From: an uncultured bacterium
GTDB lineage: Bacteria; Calescibacteriota; Calescibacteriia; Calescibacteriales; Calescibacteriaceae
DNA: 64,000 nucleotides
Direction: 5' to 3'
NCBI GenBank assembly: GCA_964601505.1
Contig: CAZRNR010000001.1
Location: 49,095-113,094, forward strand
Shown: one piece after another, positions 9,486 through 18,151 of the stretch
How positions within the stretch are numbered: the stretch's first letter is position 1
Layout of the letters: each line of letters begins with the position of its first letter
Translations under genes and position numbers: made by a program
The notes under the pieces: generated by a model
What the model saw: only the letters and a program-made list of their open reading frames with translations
Database searches by the model: none
Told to the model about the DNA's origin: nothing

Positions 9486-11843
9486 ATGAAGGAAAAGTTA
9501 ATAAGGATTCCTTTGATCCCTTTGAGGGATCTTGTAGCATTTCCGCACATAGTTATGCCACTTATAGTTGGTCGTCCGAAATCTTTAAAATCTCTTGAAG
9601 AAGCGCTCATATCAGATGAAAAATTGATTTTTCTTCCAACACAGAAAAATCCGAAAATAAACGATCCAAAAGAAACAGATATATATCCAATAGGAACTAT
9701 ATGTAAGATCAAAGGACATCAGAAAATGCCAAATGAAAATAGTAAGATTGTTGTTGAGGGTCTTAAAAGAGGTAGAATGTTATCTTTCATAGATAAAGGA
9801 GACCTTTATCTTGCAGATGTGGAAATTCTCGAAGATTCTGGGGTAGATTTAGCTGAGAACAAAGCTCTTATGAAAGAGGTTATAGATCTTTTCAAGAGTT
9901 TAAGCAAGTATATGAATATAGCACCGGAGTATATAGATGTTCTTTACAATATAAAGAATCCTGGTGAAGTTACAGATGTTATTGCAGCACAGCTTTCTAT
10001 ACCAATTGAGAGAAAGCAGAGTATTTTGGAGGAGTTAGATGTGAATAAAAGATTGAAGTATATAAAAAGTATCCTTGAGACCGAAATCGAAAACATATCT
10101 TCCGAAAGAAAATCCAGAAGTAAAGGAAGAATGAGGACTGAAAGTGGTGGTATTTTCGGACAAGGTAGTTTTGAGCAAGATGAGTGGAGAGAAGAAATAG
10201 AGGCTCTGGAAAAACGAGCGGAAGAAAAAGATCTCCCTGAAAGGGTTAGAGATGTCGTTTTGAAGGAAGTGAAGAAGCTTAAGTTGATGACTCCTCTTGC
10301 AGCTGAAGCTACAGTTGTAAGAAACTATGTCGATTGGCTTCTTTCCTTACCATGGACTGAAAGGAGTGAGGAAAAGTTAGACCTTAAAGAAGCCAAAAAA
10401 GTTTTAGATGAAGATCACTGGGGACTTGAAAAAGTTAAGGAGAGGATATTGGAATTCCTCGCTGTTAGAAAGTTGGCTGGACCTTCAAAAGCTCCCATAC
10501 TTTGTTTTGTTGGTCCTCCAGGTGTAGGAAAAACTTCCTTAGGAAGATCTATAGCTAAGGCAACAAATAGAAAGTTTGTTAGGTTATCTTTGGGAGGAGT
10601 CCGTGATGAAGCAGAAATCAGAGGGCATAGAAGAACTTACATAGGAGCTCTCCCTGGAAGAATAATCCAGATGATGAAAAAAGCTGGAACTAAAAACCCT
10701 GTATTCTTACTTGATGAAATAGACAAGCTTTGTGCTGACTTCAGAGGTGATCCAGCTGCAGCTCTTCTTGAGGTTCTTGACCCAGAACAGAACCATTCTT
10801 TCCTAGATCATTACATAGATATAGAATTTGATCTCTCAGAAGTATTCTTCATTTGTACTGCAAACACGACATACACAATTCCTCCTGCTTTGCTTGATAG
10901 GATGGAAGTTATAAGAATTCCAGGATACACAGAACATGAAAAGTATGAAATAGCTAAAAGGTTCATAATTCCAAAGCAAGAGAAAAATTCTGGTCTCAAG
11001 GAGGGAACATGTGATTTCTCAAAGGATGCTATTATGAAAGTGATTCGTGAATATACAAGGGAGGCTGGAGTTAGAAATCTTGAAAGAGAATTAGGCAATG
11101 TTCTCAGAAAGATAGCTAAGAAAATAGTAGAAGAGGAAATAGACATTAATTCAAATCCAAAGTTTAAAGTGACTCCTAAAGATATTCTTAAGTTTCTCGG
11201 ACCTCCGAAGTTCAAACCTTCAGATGTTGACAGAAAATCTCTTGTTGGTATAGCAAGAGGTTTGGCATGGACGGAGTTCGGTGGAGATGTTCTTATGATC
11301 GAAGTTTCAATAATACCCGGATCGGGGCGCCTTACGATAACCGGTAAATTGGGGGATGTGATGCAGGAATCTGTAAAAGCAGCTATTACTTATGTTAGGT
11401 CAAGATCAAAAGAACTTGGAATAGACAGTGAGTTCTATTCAAAAACAGATATCCATGTTCATGTTCCTGAAGGAGCGGTTCCAAAAGATGGACCTTCAGC
11501 CGGTATAACTATCGCTACTGCCTTGGTTTCTGCACTGACAAAGATTCCGGTTAGGGCAGATGTTTCTATGACTGGTGAGATAACATTGCGTGGAAGGATA
11601 CTTCCTATAGGTGGCGTGAAAGAGAAACTTCTTGCAGCTCACAGATATAATATAAAGACTGTTCTCCTTCCAAAAGAAAATGAAAAAGATATGGAAGATG
11701 TTCCAAAGGAGATATTGAAATCTTTGAACATAAAGCTTGTTGAGCATATGGATGAGGTTATAGAGATGGCTCTTGAATCTGGTCCAGATAAAATATGGAA
11801 GGGTAAGTCAATTGATTTTGAGGAGAGACAATCTCCTCATTGA
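9486..11843 (+). CDS. lon: ATP-dependent protease La (Lon)
   Basis: N-terminal LON domain, Walker A 'GPPGVGKTS', and the proteolytic Ser-Lys dyad ('PKDGPSAGI', 'KEKLLAA'). Strong RBS GAGGAGG. Confidence 0.95.
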   Translation: MKEKLIRIPLIPLRDLVAFPHIVMPLIVGRPKSLKSLEEALISDEKLIFLPTQKNPKINDPKETDIYPIGTICKIKGHQKMPNENSKIVVEGLKRGRMLSFIDKGDLYLADVEILEDSGVDLAENKALMKEVIDLFKSLSKYMNIAPEYIDVLYNIKNPGEVTDVIAAQLSIPIERKQSILEELDVNKRLKYIKSILETEIENISSERKSRSKGRMRTESGGIFGQGSFEQDEWREEIEALEKRAEEKDLPERVRDVVLKEVKKLKLMTPLAAEATVVRNYVDWLLSLPWTERSEEKLDLKEAKKVLDEDHWGLEKVKERILEFLAVRKLAGPSKAPILCFVGPPGVGKTSLGRSIAKATNRKFVRLSLGGVRDEAEIRGHRRTYIGALPGRIIQMMKKAGTKNPVFLLDEIDKLCADFRGDPAAALLEVLDPEQNHSFLDHYIDIEFDLSEVFFICTANTTYTIPPALLDRMEVIRIPGYTEHEKYEIAKRFIIPKQEKNSGLKEGTCDFSKDAIMKVIREYTREAGVRNLERELGNVLRKIAKKIVEEEIDINSNPKFKVTPKDILKFLGPPKFKPSDVDRKSLVGIARGLAWTEFGGDVLMIEVSIIPGSGRLTITGKLGDVMQESVKAAITYVRSRSKELGIDSEFYSKTDIHVHVPEGAVPKDGPSAGITIATALVSALTKIPVRADVSMTGEITLRGRILPIGGVKEKLLAAHRYNIKTVLLPKENEKDMEDVPKEILKSLNIKLVEHMDEVIEMALESGPDKIWKGKSIDFEERQSPH

Positions 11844-11896
11844 TTTTTCAGAAATTCGTTTTCTTTGTTTTTGGAATTTAAACTTTTGATTAATTG

Positions 11897-11981
11897 GCCG
11901 AGGTGGCGGAATTGGTAGACGCGTCGTCTTGAGGGGGCGATGGGAGATAATCCCGTGCGGGTTCAAGTCCCGCCCTCGGCA
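11897..11981 (+). tRNA. tRNA-Leu (anticodon GAG), type II with long variable arm, CCA not encoded
   Basis: Cloverleaf built by hand. Acceptor GCCGAGG/CCTCGGC, anticodon stem TCGTC/GGCGA, loop TTGAGGG, T-arm GTGCGGGTTCAAGTCCCGCC. Confidence 0.85.
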
Positions 11982-11984
11982 CTC

Positions 11985-12908
11985 TTATTTTGACAACTTT
12001 AACCACTGTGATCTTTGTCTTCCTTCCCACAATTTCGTCCAGCCCACTCTTGAAAACTTATATATCTCCTCAGGATGAAATAAATTCACTCTTATTGCTG
12101 GAACATCAATACCTTTCATCTTCCAGAATCCTTCAACTTCGCTTTTCAATTTTGTGTCTGAACTTGTTTCTAACCAACCTACCGTTGCATAACCATTGAG
12201 AATAACGGTATCTAAAAATACAACCGAAACTGGACAGGGCTTTTCTGCATTCAGCTGAGTTTTGTGTCTTGTTCCATCTCCAAATACCCAAAATTTTGTA
12301 TCCATCTTCACTATCCATCTTGGAGATATATTGGTAATACCATTTAGGGGATCAATTGTCAAAATGAATGAAGGAAAACCTTTACTTTGGAGATTTTCCA
12401 TAAATCCTTTGACTTCATTGAAAATATTTAGAGAAACTTCTTTTATGTTTCTGTCAAATTCAAATTTAGTGTAAAACTTTGTTTCAATCCAGATAAGCTT
12501 TTTTCTATAAATTGGAACATTCAGGTCTATTCCTGGTTTTGGAAGGACATCATATATTTCAAAGATTTCAAGGGTAAATTCACCATCTGTCTGTTTTGCC
12601 AATCCCTTCACTTGAAAACCTTTTGGATCTTGCCATTTCCATATTGATTCAATGTCTATCAAAGATATAGAAACTTCTGGCATCTTTCTGATGAGAGAGG
12701 ATGCTGGAAGAGATGTCGGAGTCTGAAATATGATTTTATCCCCAGAAACATTTACAGAAGTCAGGGTAAAAGGTATTGGGATTCCGTTTTCATCTTTTAC
12801 ACATCCTAAAAAGTATTTGGTCGGTGCCTTACAAACTTTTTTGATCTCTTCTAAAATCTTTTCTACCTCCATAGGGCTTAACCTCCTCTTTCTTACTATT
12901 ATAATCAA
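11985..12908 (-). CDS. Hypothetical protein, possibly two split-barrel (PNPOx-like) domains
   Basis: 307-aa ORF whose 3' end lies 3 nt from tRNA-Leu. The domain guess rests on sequence texture only. Confidence 0.35.
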   Translation of the reverse strand: MIIIVRKRRLSPMEVEKILEEIKKVCKAPTKYFLGCVKDENGIPIPFTLTSVNVSGDKIIFQTPTSLPASSLIRKMPEVSISLIDIESIWKWQDPKGFQVKGLAKQTDGEFTLEIFEIYDVLPKPGIDLNVPIYRKKLIWIETKFYTKFEFDRNIKEVSLNIFNEVKGFMENLQSKGFPSFILTIDPLNGITNISPRWIVKMDTKFWVFGDGTRHKTQLNAEKPCPVSVVFLDTVILNGYATVGWLETSSDTKLKSEVEGFWKMKGIDVPAIRVNLFHPEEIYKFSRVGWTKLWEGRQRSQWLKLSK

Positions 12909-13174
12909 TTTATCTCATTTTTTGTTTTTATTTACACTGATTTTTCATACATTTTTGGTATTTTGTATTGTTTTTCTGATATGTTGTATATACACAGTGA
13001 TATATGAGATTGTCAGAGTTTTAATATTATAAATCTGCTTTTGTAATTATTCACTCTTTACAATAACAAGTATGTTTTAAAGTTCATAATACATAAGTCA
13101 TAACTTGCAACAGCATAAAAAAATCATTTCAAATTTAACACAAAAGAGGTAAAAATTTTAAAATATAAACATAG

Positions 13175-13187
13175 TTGGTAATACCAA
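13175..13187. promoter_or_regulatory. Perfect 13-bp palindrome TTGGTAATACCAA about 7 nt upstream of the cytochrome P460 RBS
   Basis: Read in the sequence. It overlaps the expected promoter region of the P460 gene. Confidence 0.3.
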
Positions 13188-13208
13188 CTAATTAAGGAGG
13201 TGAAGGAT

Positions 13209-13739
13209 ATGATAAGGATAAATAATGAAAAAAGAAAAAGGAATATAATTAACCTATTGGCGGCTTCTTTTTTCTTCTTTCTTGTTATCGGGGTATATAA
13301 GACCATATCAGCCCAGAAGGATTACTTTCCCTCTGATTACCGGAAATGGCATCATGCGAAAACTATGATCCTTGAAGAGGGTCATCCTCTTTTTGAAGCA
13401 TTTGGTGGAATACACCATGTTTATGTTAATGACAAAGCTTACAAATCAATAAAGAGAGGTGAGGGAAGAAAGTTTGAAGATGGCTCTGTTATTGTTTTTG
13501 ATCTTCTTGAAGTGAAAAAATCTCAGGGAGCAGTTGAGGAAGGTAATAGAAAGGTTCTGGCTTATATGAGGAAAGACTCGAAAAACAAAGAACTTGAAAA
13601 AACAGGAGGTTGGGAGTATAAAGCATTTGCTGGAGGAGATCCTAAAAATCAGATAGTAAATGACCCAGTTGGTCAGTGTCATAACTGCCATACACAGATG
13701 AAGGACAAGGACTTTGTTTTTTCTGAGTGGAGAAATTAG
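13209..13739 (+). CDS. Cytochrome P460 family protein (heme c, C-terminal CxxCH)
   Basis: Compared from memory with Nitrosomonas europaea P460. 'DYRKWHH' matches 'NYREWVM'. 'HVYVNDKAYKSIKRGEGRKFEDGSVIVFDLLEV' matches 'TVYVDPESYAHWKKTGEFRDGTVTVKELVSV'. 'GGWEYKAF' matches 'GNWAFYIF'. 'QCHNCHTQMKDKDFVFSEW' matches 'ECAACHKENAKTDMVFTQF'. The N-terminus is hydrophobic (signal). RBS AAGGAGG. Confidence 0.7.
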   Translation: MIRINNEKRKRNIINLLAASFFFFLVIGVYKTISAQKDYFPSDYRKWHHAKTMILEEGHPLFEAFGGIHHVYVNDKAYKSIKRGEGRKFEDGSVIVFDLLEVKKSQGAVEEGNRKVLAYMRKDSKNKELEKTGGWEYKAFAGGDPKNQIVNDPVGQCHNCHTQMKDKDFVFSEWRN

Positions 13740-13753
13740 TCTTTTTCATTTGG

Positions 13754-13815
13754 TTTCGTGCAGGCATGTGGGATTGCAAACATCAGATTTTGTTGGAAAT
13801 TTGCCTGCACGAAAC
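13754..13815. other. Long hairpin with a 14-bp perfect stem (GTTTCGTGCAGGCA / TGCCTGCACGAAAC) and a 34-nt loop, 15 nt downstream of the P460 stop
   Basis: Read in the sequence. No U-run follows on either strand, so it is not a canonical intrinsic terminator. Confidence 0.4.
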
Positions 13816-14036
13816 TTAGCAAGATTTAGTTTTTCATAAATATCGACATCATTCGTTTTTAACTGTGATAGACTACTTTGTTCAGATTTTGATGTCATTC
13901 CTCATAGATTAGCCATAGTCTTTTAGATGCCATATTTGAAGTTGGGTTTAGCGTTCTTGTATTCTTTTTTCACAGAAAAATGCTTGATACAAGCGAATTA
14001 TAGCGAATTATATTGAATTACAGAGGCTTTGGAAAT

Positions 14037-14414
14037 TTATACAAAGGATATCACGGATACCGGAGCGTTATCTCCTTCTCTGTTCCCAATTTTTATGATT
14101 CTTACAAACCCTCCGTTGATTTGTTTATATTTTTGAGCTAATTCTGTTAGAACTTTTTTAGTTGTTTCTTCATTTTGAAGTAAACTGAAAACCATGCGTG
14201 AGGAATTCATAGATTGCGGAGATTTTGTGTTCTGGGGATCGTATTTTTTAGCTATATTTATGATCCTTTCTATATATCTTTTGAGTTCTTTTGCTTTTGA
14301 GTCTGTAGTTTTAAGCTTTTCATTTTTTATAAGGTCGTTTGCGAGTGTTCTTAGCAGAAGTATCCTATGAGGTGTTGGTCTTTTCAGTTTTCTTCCTTTT
14401 ATTCTATGTCTCAT
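14037..14414 (-). CDS. rplQ: 50S ribosomal protein L17
   Basis: Opens 'MRHRIKGRKLKRPTPHR'. 125 aa. Confidence 0.9.
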   Translation of the reverse strand: MRHRIKGRKLKRPTPHRILLLRTLANDLIKNEKLKTTDSKAKELKRYIERIINIAKKYDPQNTKSPQSMNSSRMVFSLLQNEETTKKVLTELAQKYKQINGGFVRIIKIGNREGDNAPVSVISFV

Positions 14415-14425
14415 GGCTAAAATCT

Positions 14426-15439
14426 TTATTTCGGTTTCTTTTTCTCCTCTTCGATGGCTTGCTGTATTTCTTCATCTGTCATTCCTAGTCTTAATCCTGC
14501 ACGATTTAGAACCTCTCTTATTTCTCTTAGGGAGCGCCTACCTAAACTTGGAAAAGAAAGTAGATCTTTATCCGTCATCTTTACAAGTTCTCTGACTGTT
14601 TTTATATTGTAAGAAAGAAGGATATCTGCTGCTTTCCTAGGAAGATTCAAATCTTCAACTGACCTTGACAAAAATTCTTCAAGAGTTGATACCTTAATCT
14701 CTCTTTTGTGTTGTTCGTATTCGGCTCTTTCAACATATTTTTTGAGTCCTTCAAGATATTCCATCAGTATATCTATTGCTTCATCATATGCCTCCTGTGG
14801 AGTTATCGCACCATCTGACCATATGTCAAGAACTAATTCATCAAAATCTACTCTATCTTTGTACAGAGCTTTTCTAACTTCATAATTGACTTTAACTATT
14901 GGATTAAATATTGCATCAATTGGGATTGTGCCTGCAGGCATTTCAAACATCGTGCTTACTCTTTCTGCAGGAACATAACCTCTACCTTTTGCGATAAAAA
15001 GTTCGCAATGGAACTTATGCTTTGGCATAACTTCTGTTATGTATTGGTCTGGGTTCATAACTTCAACAGGTCCCTGGATATCTGATCCTTTTATTCTATA
15101 TGGTTCATCTGATTTTGTGTTATCGACTTTTATTTCTGCTCTGACAAAGTTCTTGTTGCCTTTTATTTTGAGCCGAATCCTCTTGAGGTGAAGTATAATT
15201 AAAACCACATCATCTCTCACTCCCTTTATTGTAGAAAATTCATGTGGTACATCTTCTATTTTCAGTCCAACTATTGCGTATCCTTCCATAGAGCTTAGTA
15301 GAATTCTTCTAAGAGAATTTCCAAGGGTATGTCCAAAGCCCCTGTTTATTGGGCCTATGTAGAACCTCTGATAAAGATGTCTTATATTCTCTGGTACTGT
15401 CTCATCTATTTTTGTTCCTTCTGGATAAACTATTTCCAT
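14426..15439 (-). CDS. rpoA: DNA-directed RNA polymerase alpha subunit
   Basis: 337 aa with N-terminal dimerisation and C-terminal αCTD motifs ('IEELELSVRS'-like 'LEEFLSRSVEDLNLPRKAADIL'). Confidence 0.95.
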   Translation of the reverse strand: MEIVYPEGTKIDETVPENIRHLYQRFYIGPINRGFGHTLGNSLRRILLSSMEGYAIVGLKIEDVPHEFSTIKGVRDDVVLIILHLKRIRLKIKGNKNFVRAEIKVDNTKSDEPYRIKGSDIQGPVEVMNPDQYITEVMPKHKFHCELFIAKGRGYVPAERVSTMFEMPAGTIPIDAIFNPIVKVNYEVRKALYKDRVDFDELVLDIWSDGAITPQEAYDEAIDILMEYLEGLKKYVERAEYEQHKREIKVSTLEEFLSRSVEDLNLPRKAADILLSYNIKTVRELVKMTDKDLLSFPSLGRRSLREIREVLNRAGLRLGMTDEEIQQAIEEEKKKPK

Positions 15440-15551
15440 GGTTTCGATTTACCTCCGTTATTATTAACTTCCTATGTAATTCTGATTTATGTTTTTTACA
15501 AATTTTTCTGAAATTTTATTCTGCTTTTTTCAGATGAGTAAAGTAAAAAAA

Positions 15552-15667
15552 TCTGGGGACCATACCGGGGGTGAAAACCTCCTTCCCATTCCGAATAGGG
15601 CAGGGAACCCCCCCAGGGCCGATGATACTGCGTCCGCACGGGCGTGGGAAAGTAGGTCGTCCCCAGG
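15552..15667 (+). rRNA. rrf: 5S ribosomal RNA, isolated copy
   Basis: Helix I CTGGGGAC/GTCCCCAG. Internal 'CCCATTCCGAA' corresponds to E. coli CCCAUGCCGAAC, 'GGCCGATGATACTG' to GCGCCGAUGGUAGUG, and 'GGGAAAGTAGGTCG' to GAGAGUAGG. Length about 116 nt. Confidence 0.8.
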
Positions 15668-15677
15668 TCTTAAAAAT

Positions 15678-16556
15678 CTAACCAATCTCTACTAACTTTC
15701 TAAGATACTGACCATATTCAGTTTTCTCAAGCTTTTTAGCAAGGTTTAGAAGCTGTTCTTTGCTTATCCATCGGTTTCTATATGCTATCTCTTCTATACA
15801 TCCTAGCATCAGCCCTGTTTTCTTCTCTATTGTTGAAACGAATTCACCCGATTCAAGAAAACTGTCATATGTTCCAGCATCAAACCATGCAAAGCCTCTC
15901 CCAAGGATCTCTACTTTGAGCTTCCCATCCTTGAGGTACTCCTGGTTAAGAGATGTTATCTCAAGTTCTCCTCTTTCAGATGGTTTTAATCTCTCTATCT
16001 TTTGAAAAACCGTGCTATCGTATATATAGAGTCCCGTCACTGCATAATTTGATTTCGGATGCTTTGGTTTCTCTTCCAATGATATCACTTTCCCATTTTC
16101 GTCAAATTCAACAACTCCAAACCTCTGTGGATCATTCACATAGTATGCAAAAAGACAGGCTCCTTTTTCTTTTTCAACTAAGTTTCTTCCCCTTTTAAGA
16201 ATTTCTGGAAGTCCGTGCCCAAAAAATATGTTGTCCCCTAATATGAGCATTACATCATCTCCTTCCGCAAAATTTCTTGCTTGCATAAGACCATCAGATA
16301 ATCCCTTCGGTTCCTTCTGTATCGCATAATCTATCCTCATACCTATAAACCTTCCATCTCCAAATAGTTGTTTATAATTCTCTAAATCTTCTGGATTTGT
16401 CACTATCACTACCTCTCTTATTTTGGCTAACATGAGCACCGAAAACGGATAGTATATCATTGGCTTATTGTATATTGGTAGAAGATGTTTGTTTATAACA
16501 TACGTTATAGGGTATAACCTTGTCCCTCTACCACCTGCCAGTATTACTCCTTTCAT
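15678..16556 (-). CDS. rfbA: Glucose-1-phosphate thymidylyltransferase
   Basis: Opens '[18 protein letters not shown]'. 292 aa with a sugar-nucleotidyltransferase fold. Confidence 0.85.
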   Translation of the reverse strand: MKGVILAGGRGTRLYPITYVINKHLLPIYNKPMIYYPFSVLMLAKIREVVIVTNPEDLENYKQLFGDGRFIGMRIDYAIQKEPKGLSDGLMQARNFAEGDDVMLILGDNIFFGHGLPEILKRGRNLVEKEKGACLFAYYVNDPQRFGVVEFDENGKVISLEEKPKHPKSNYAVTGLYIYDSTVFQKIERLKPSERGELEITSLNQEYLKDGKLKVEILGRGFAWFDAGTYDSFLESGEFVSTIEKKTGLMLGCIEEIAYRNRWISKEQLLNLAKKLEKTEYGQYLRKLVEIG

Positions 16557-16912
16557 TTAGTTTTATATTTTAATAATATTTCTCAATGTCGAATTTTGCC
16601 TTTTAATTAGAGAAAGCTTTCTATTTGTGATTTTATTTGGTGGGTGCTTTTTGTTCTGTTGCAAAATTTATTTTGATGTTTTTGATTGGAAAATACTTCT
16701 GATCAAAAAACTTCATTTGATTATAAAACTTTTCAACGGGTTGATATGTGTAAAATATGAGGATGGAAGAATTCCTTGAACAAAGATAAATTAAATGTCG
16801 GATAGAATTTTTATAAAGAGTTTGATTTTCAGTGTTTGATTTTTCATTTCGAATTTAAACTGCTATAGTTCGTTTTTAGACAAACTTATATATTAATATA
16901 AAAATACTCTGG

Positions 16913-18151
16913 ATGGAAGTCATAAGTGTAATAGGTATAAATGAAGATGGATTAGAGGGATTATCTGAAAGATCAAAACAGATTATAAAAGATTCCGAAG
17001 TAATTTTTGGCGGCAGGAGACATATAGAATTAGTTAAATCATTGATAGATGGAGATAAAAAAGTTATTATAATAGGTGGAGATACTCAATCTGTTATAAA
17101 TGAAATAAAGAAAAATTTTTATGAAGGTAAGAAGGTAGTTGTTCTGAATTCGGGAGATCCTCTTTTTTTTGGACTTGCAAAAAAGATAATAGACAATATA
17201 GGCAAAAATTTTGTAGAAGTAATTCCAGCATTGTCATCAATACAGTTAGCTTTTTCAAAAATAAAAGAGAACTGGGATGATGCGGTATTACTCAGTATCC
17301 ACTCAAAAGATAGAAAACTTCAGAATTACATAAATGAGATAAAAGAAAATAGAAAAATAGCATTCATTACATATGGAAGAGAAGATCCAAAAAAGATAGC
17401 TAGATTTCTCAGAGAGAATAAGATAGAAATTCAAAAGTTTTTCGTGCTTGAAAATCTCGGTTCAAAAAATGAGAAAGTAAGAGAGATAAACCTTGAAGAA
17501 GTTGAAAACCTTGAGTTTTCTGACCTGAACATCGTGATTATACTCAAAGATTCTCAAAATTCTAGAATTACGATAGGTCTTGATGATAATGAGTTCGAGC
17601 ATATTTCTGGTTTGATTACAAAATCTGAAATAAGAGCTATAGTTTTATCTAAGCTTTCTTTGAGTTTAGACTCTGTAGTTTGGGACATAGGAGGAGGGTC
17701 TGGTTCTGTTTCCATTGAGTGTGCATCAATTGCAAGGAAGGGTAGAGTTTTTTGCATTGAAAAAAATGAAAAATCTGTTGAAATAATAAAAAGGAATGTT
17801 CAGAAGTTTTGTCTGATGAATTTAGAGATATTGCATGGTAAAGCTCCTCAGATTTTGTCTGAACTTCCAGATCCAAATTCTGTCTTCATAGGTGGCGGTG
17901 GAGATGAAATAGAAGATATACTTTCAGAATGTTTCAGAAGAAAACCTATAAGTATAGTTTGCACATTTGTTGATATATTTCATCTTACAAGAGCCTTGAA
18001 TTATATAAAAGAGCATAAAAGAGAATATAATTCAAATGTTTTATCTATTAATATAATGAAGCTTAAAGAAATAGAAAGTTATCATAAGTTTGATATGCTC
18101 ACAAGTGTATTCTTGCTTCATCTGACGAAGAAGACAGAAGGAGAGATATGA
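16913..18151 (+). CDS. cbiET: Precorrin-6Y C5,15-methyltransferase (decarboxylating), CbiE/CbiT fusion
   Basis: N-terminal tetrapyrrole methylase half. C-terminal half carries the SAM motif 'VWDIGGGSGSVSIE'. Confidence 0.8.
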   Translation: MEVISVIGINEDGLEGLSERSKQIIKDSEVIFGGRRHIELVKSLIDGDKKVIIIGGDTQSVINEIKKNFYEGKKVVVLNSGDPLFFGLAKKIIDNIGKNFVEVIPALSSIQLAFSKIKENWDDAVLLSIHSKDRKLQNYINEIKENRKIAFITYGREDPKKIARFLRENKIEIQKFFVLENLGSKNEKVREINLEEVENLEFSDLNIVIILKDSQNSRITIGLDDNEFEHISGLITKSEIRAIVLSKLSLSLDSVVWDIGGGSGSVSIECASIARKGRVFCIEKNEKSVEIIKRNVQKFCLMNLEILHGKAPQILSELPDPNSVFIGGGGDEIEDILSECFRRKPISIVCTFVDIFHLTRALNYIKEHKREYNSNVLSINIMKLKEIESYHKFDMLTSVFLLHLTKKTEGEI

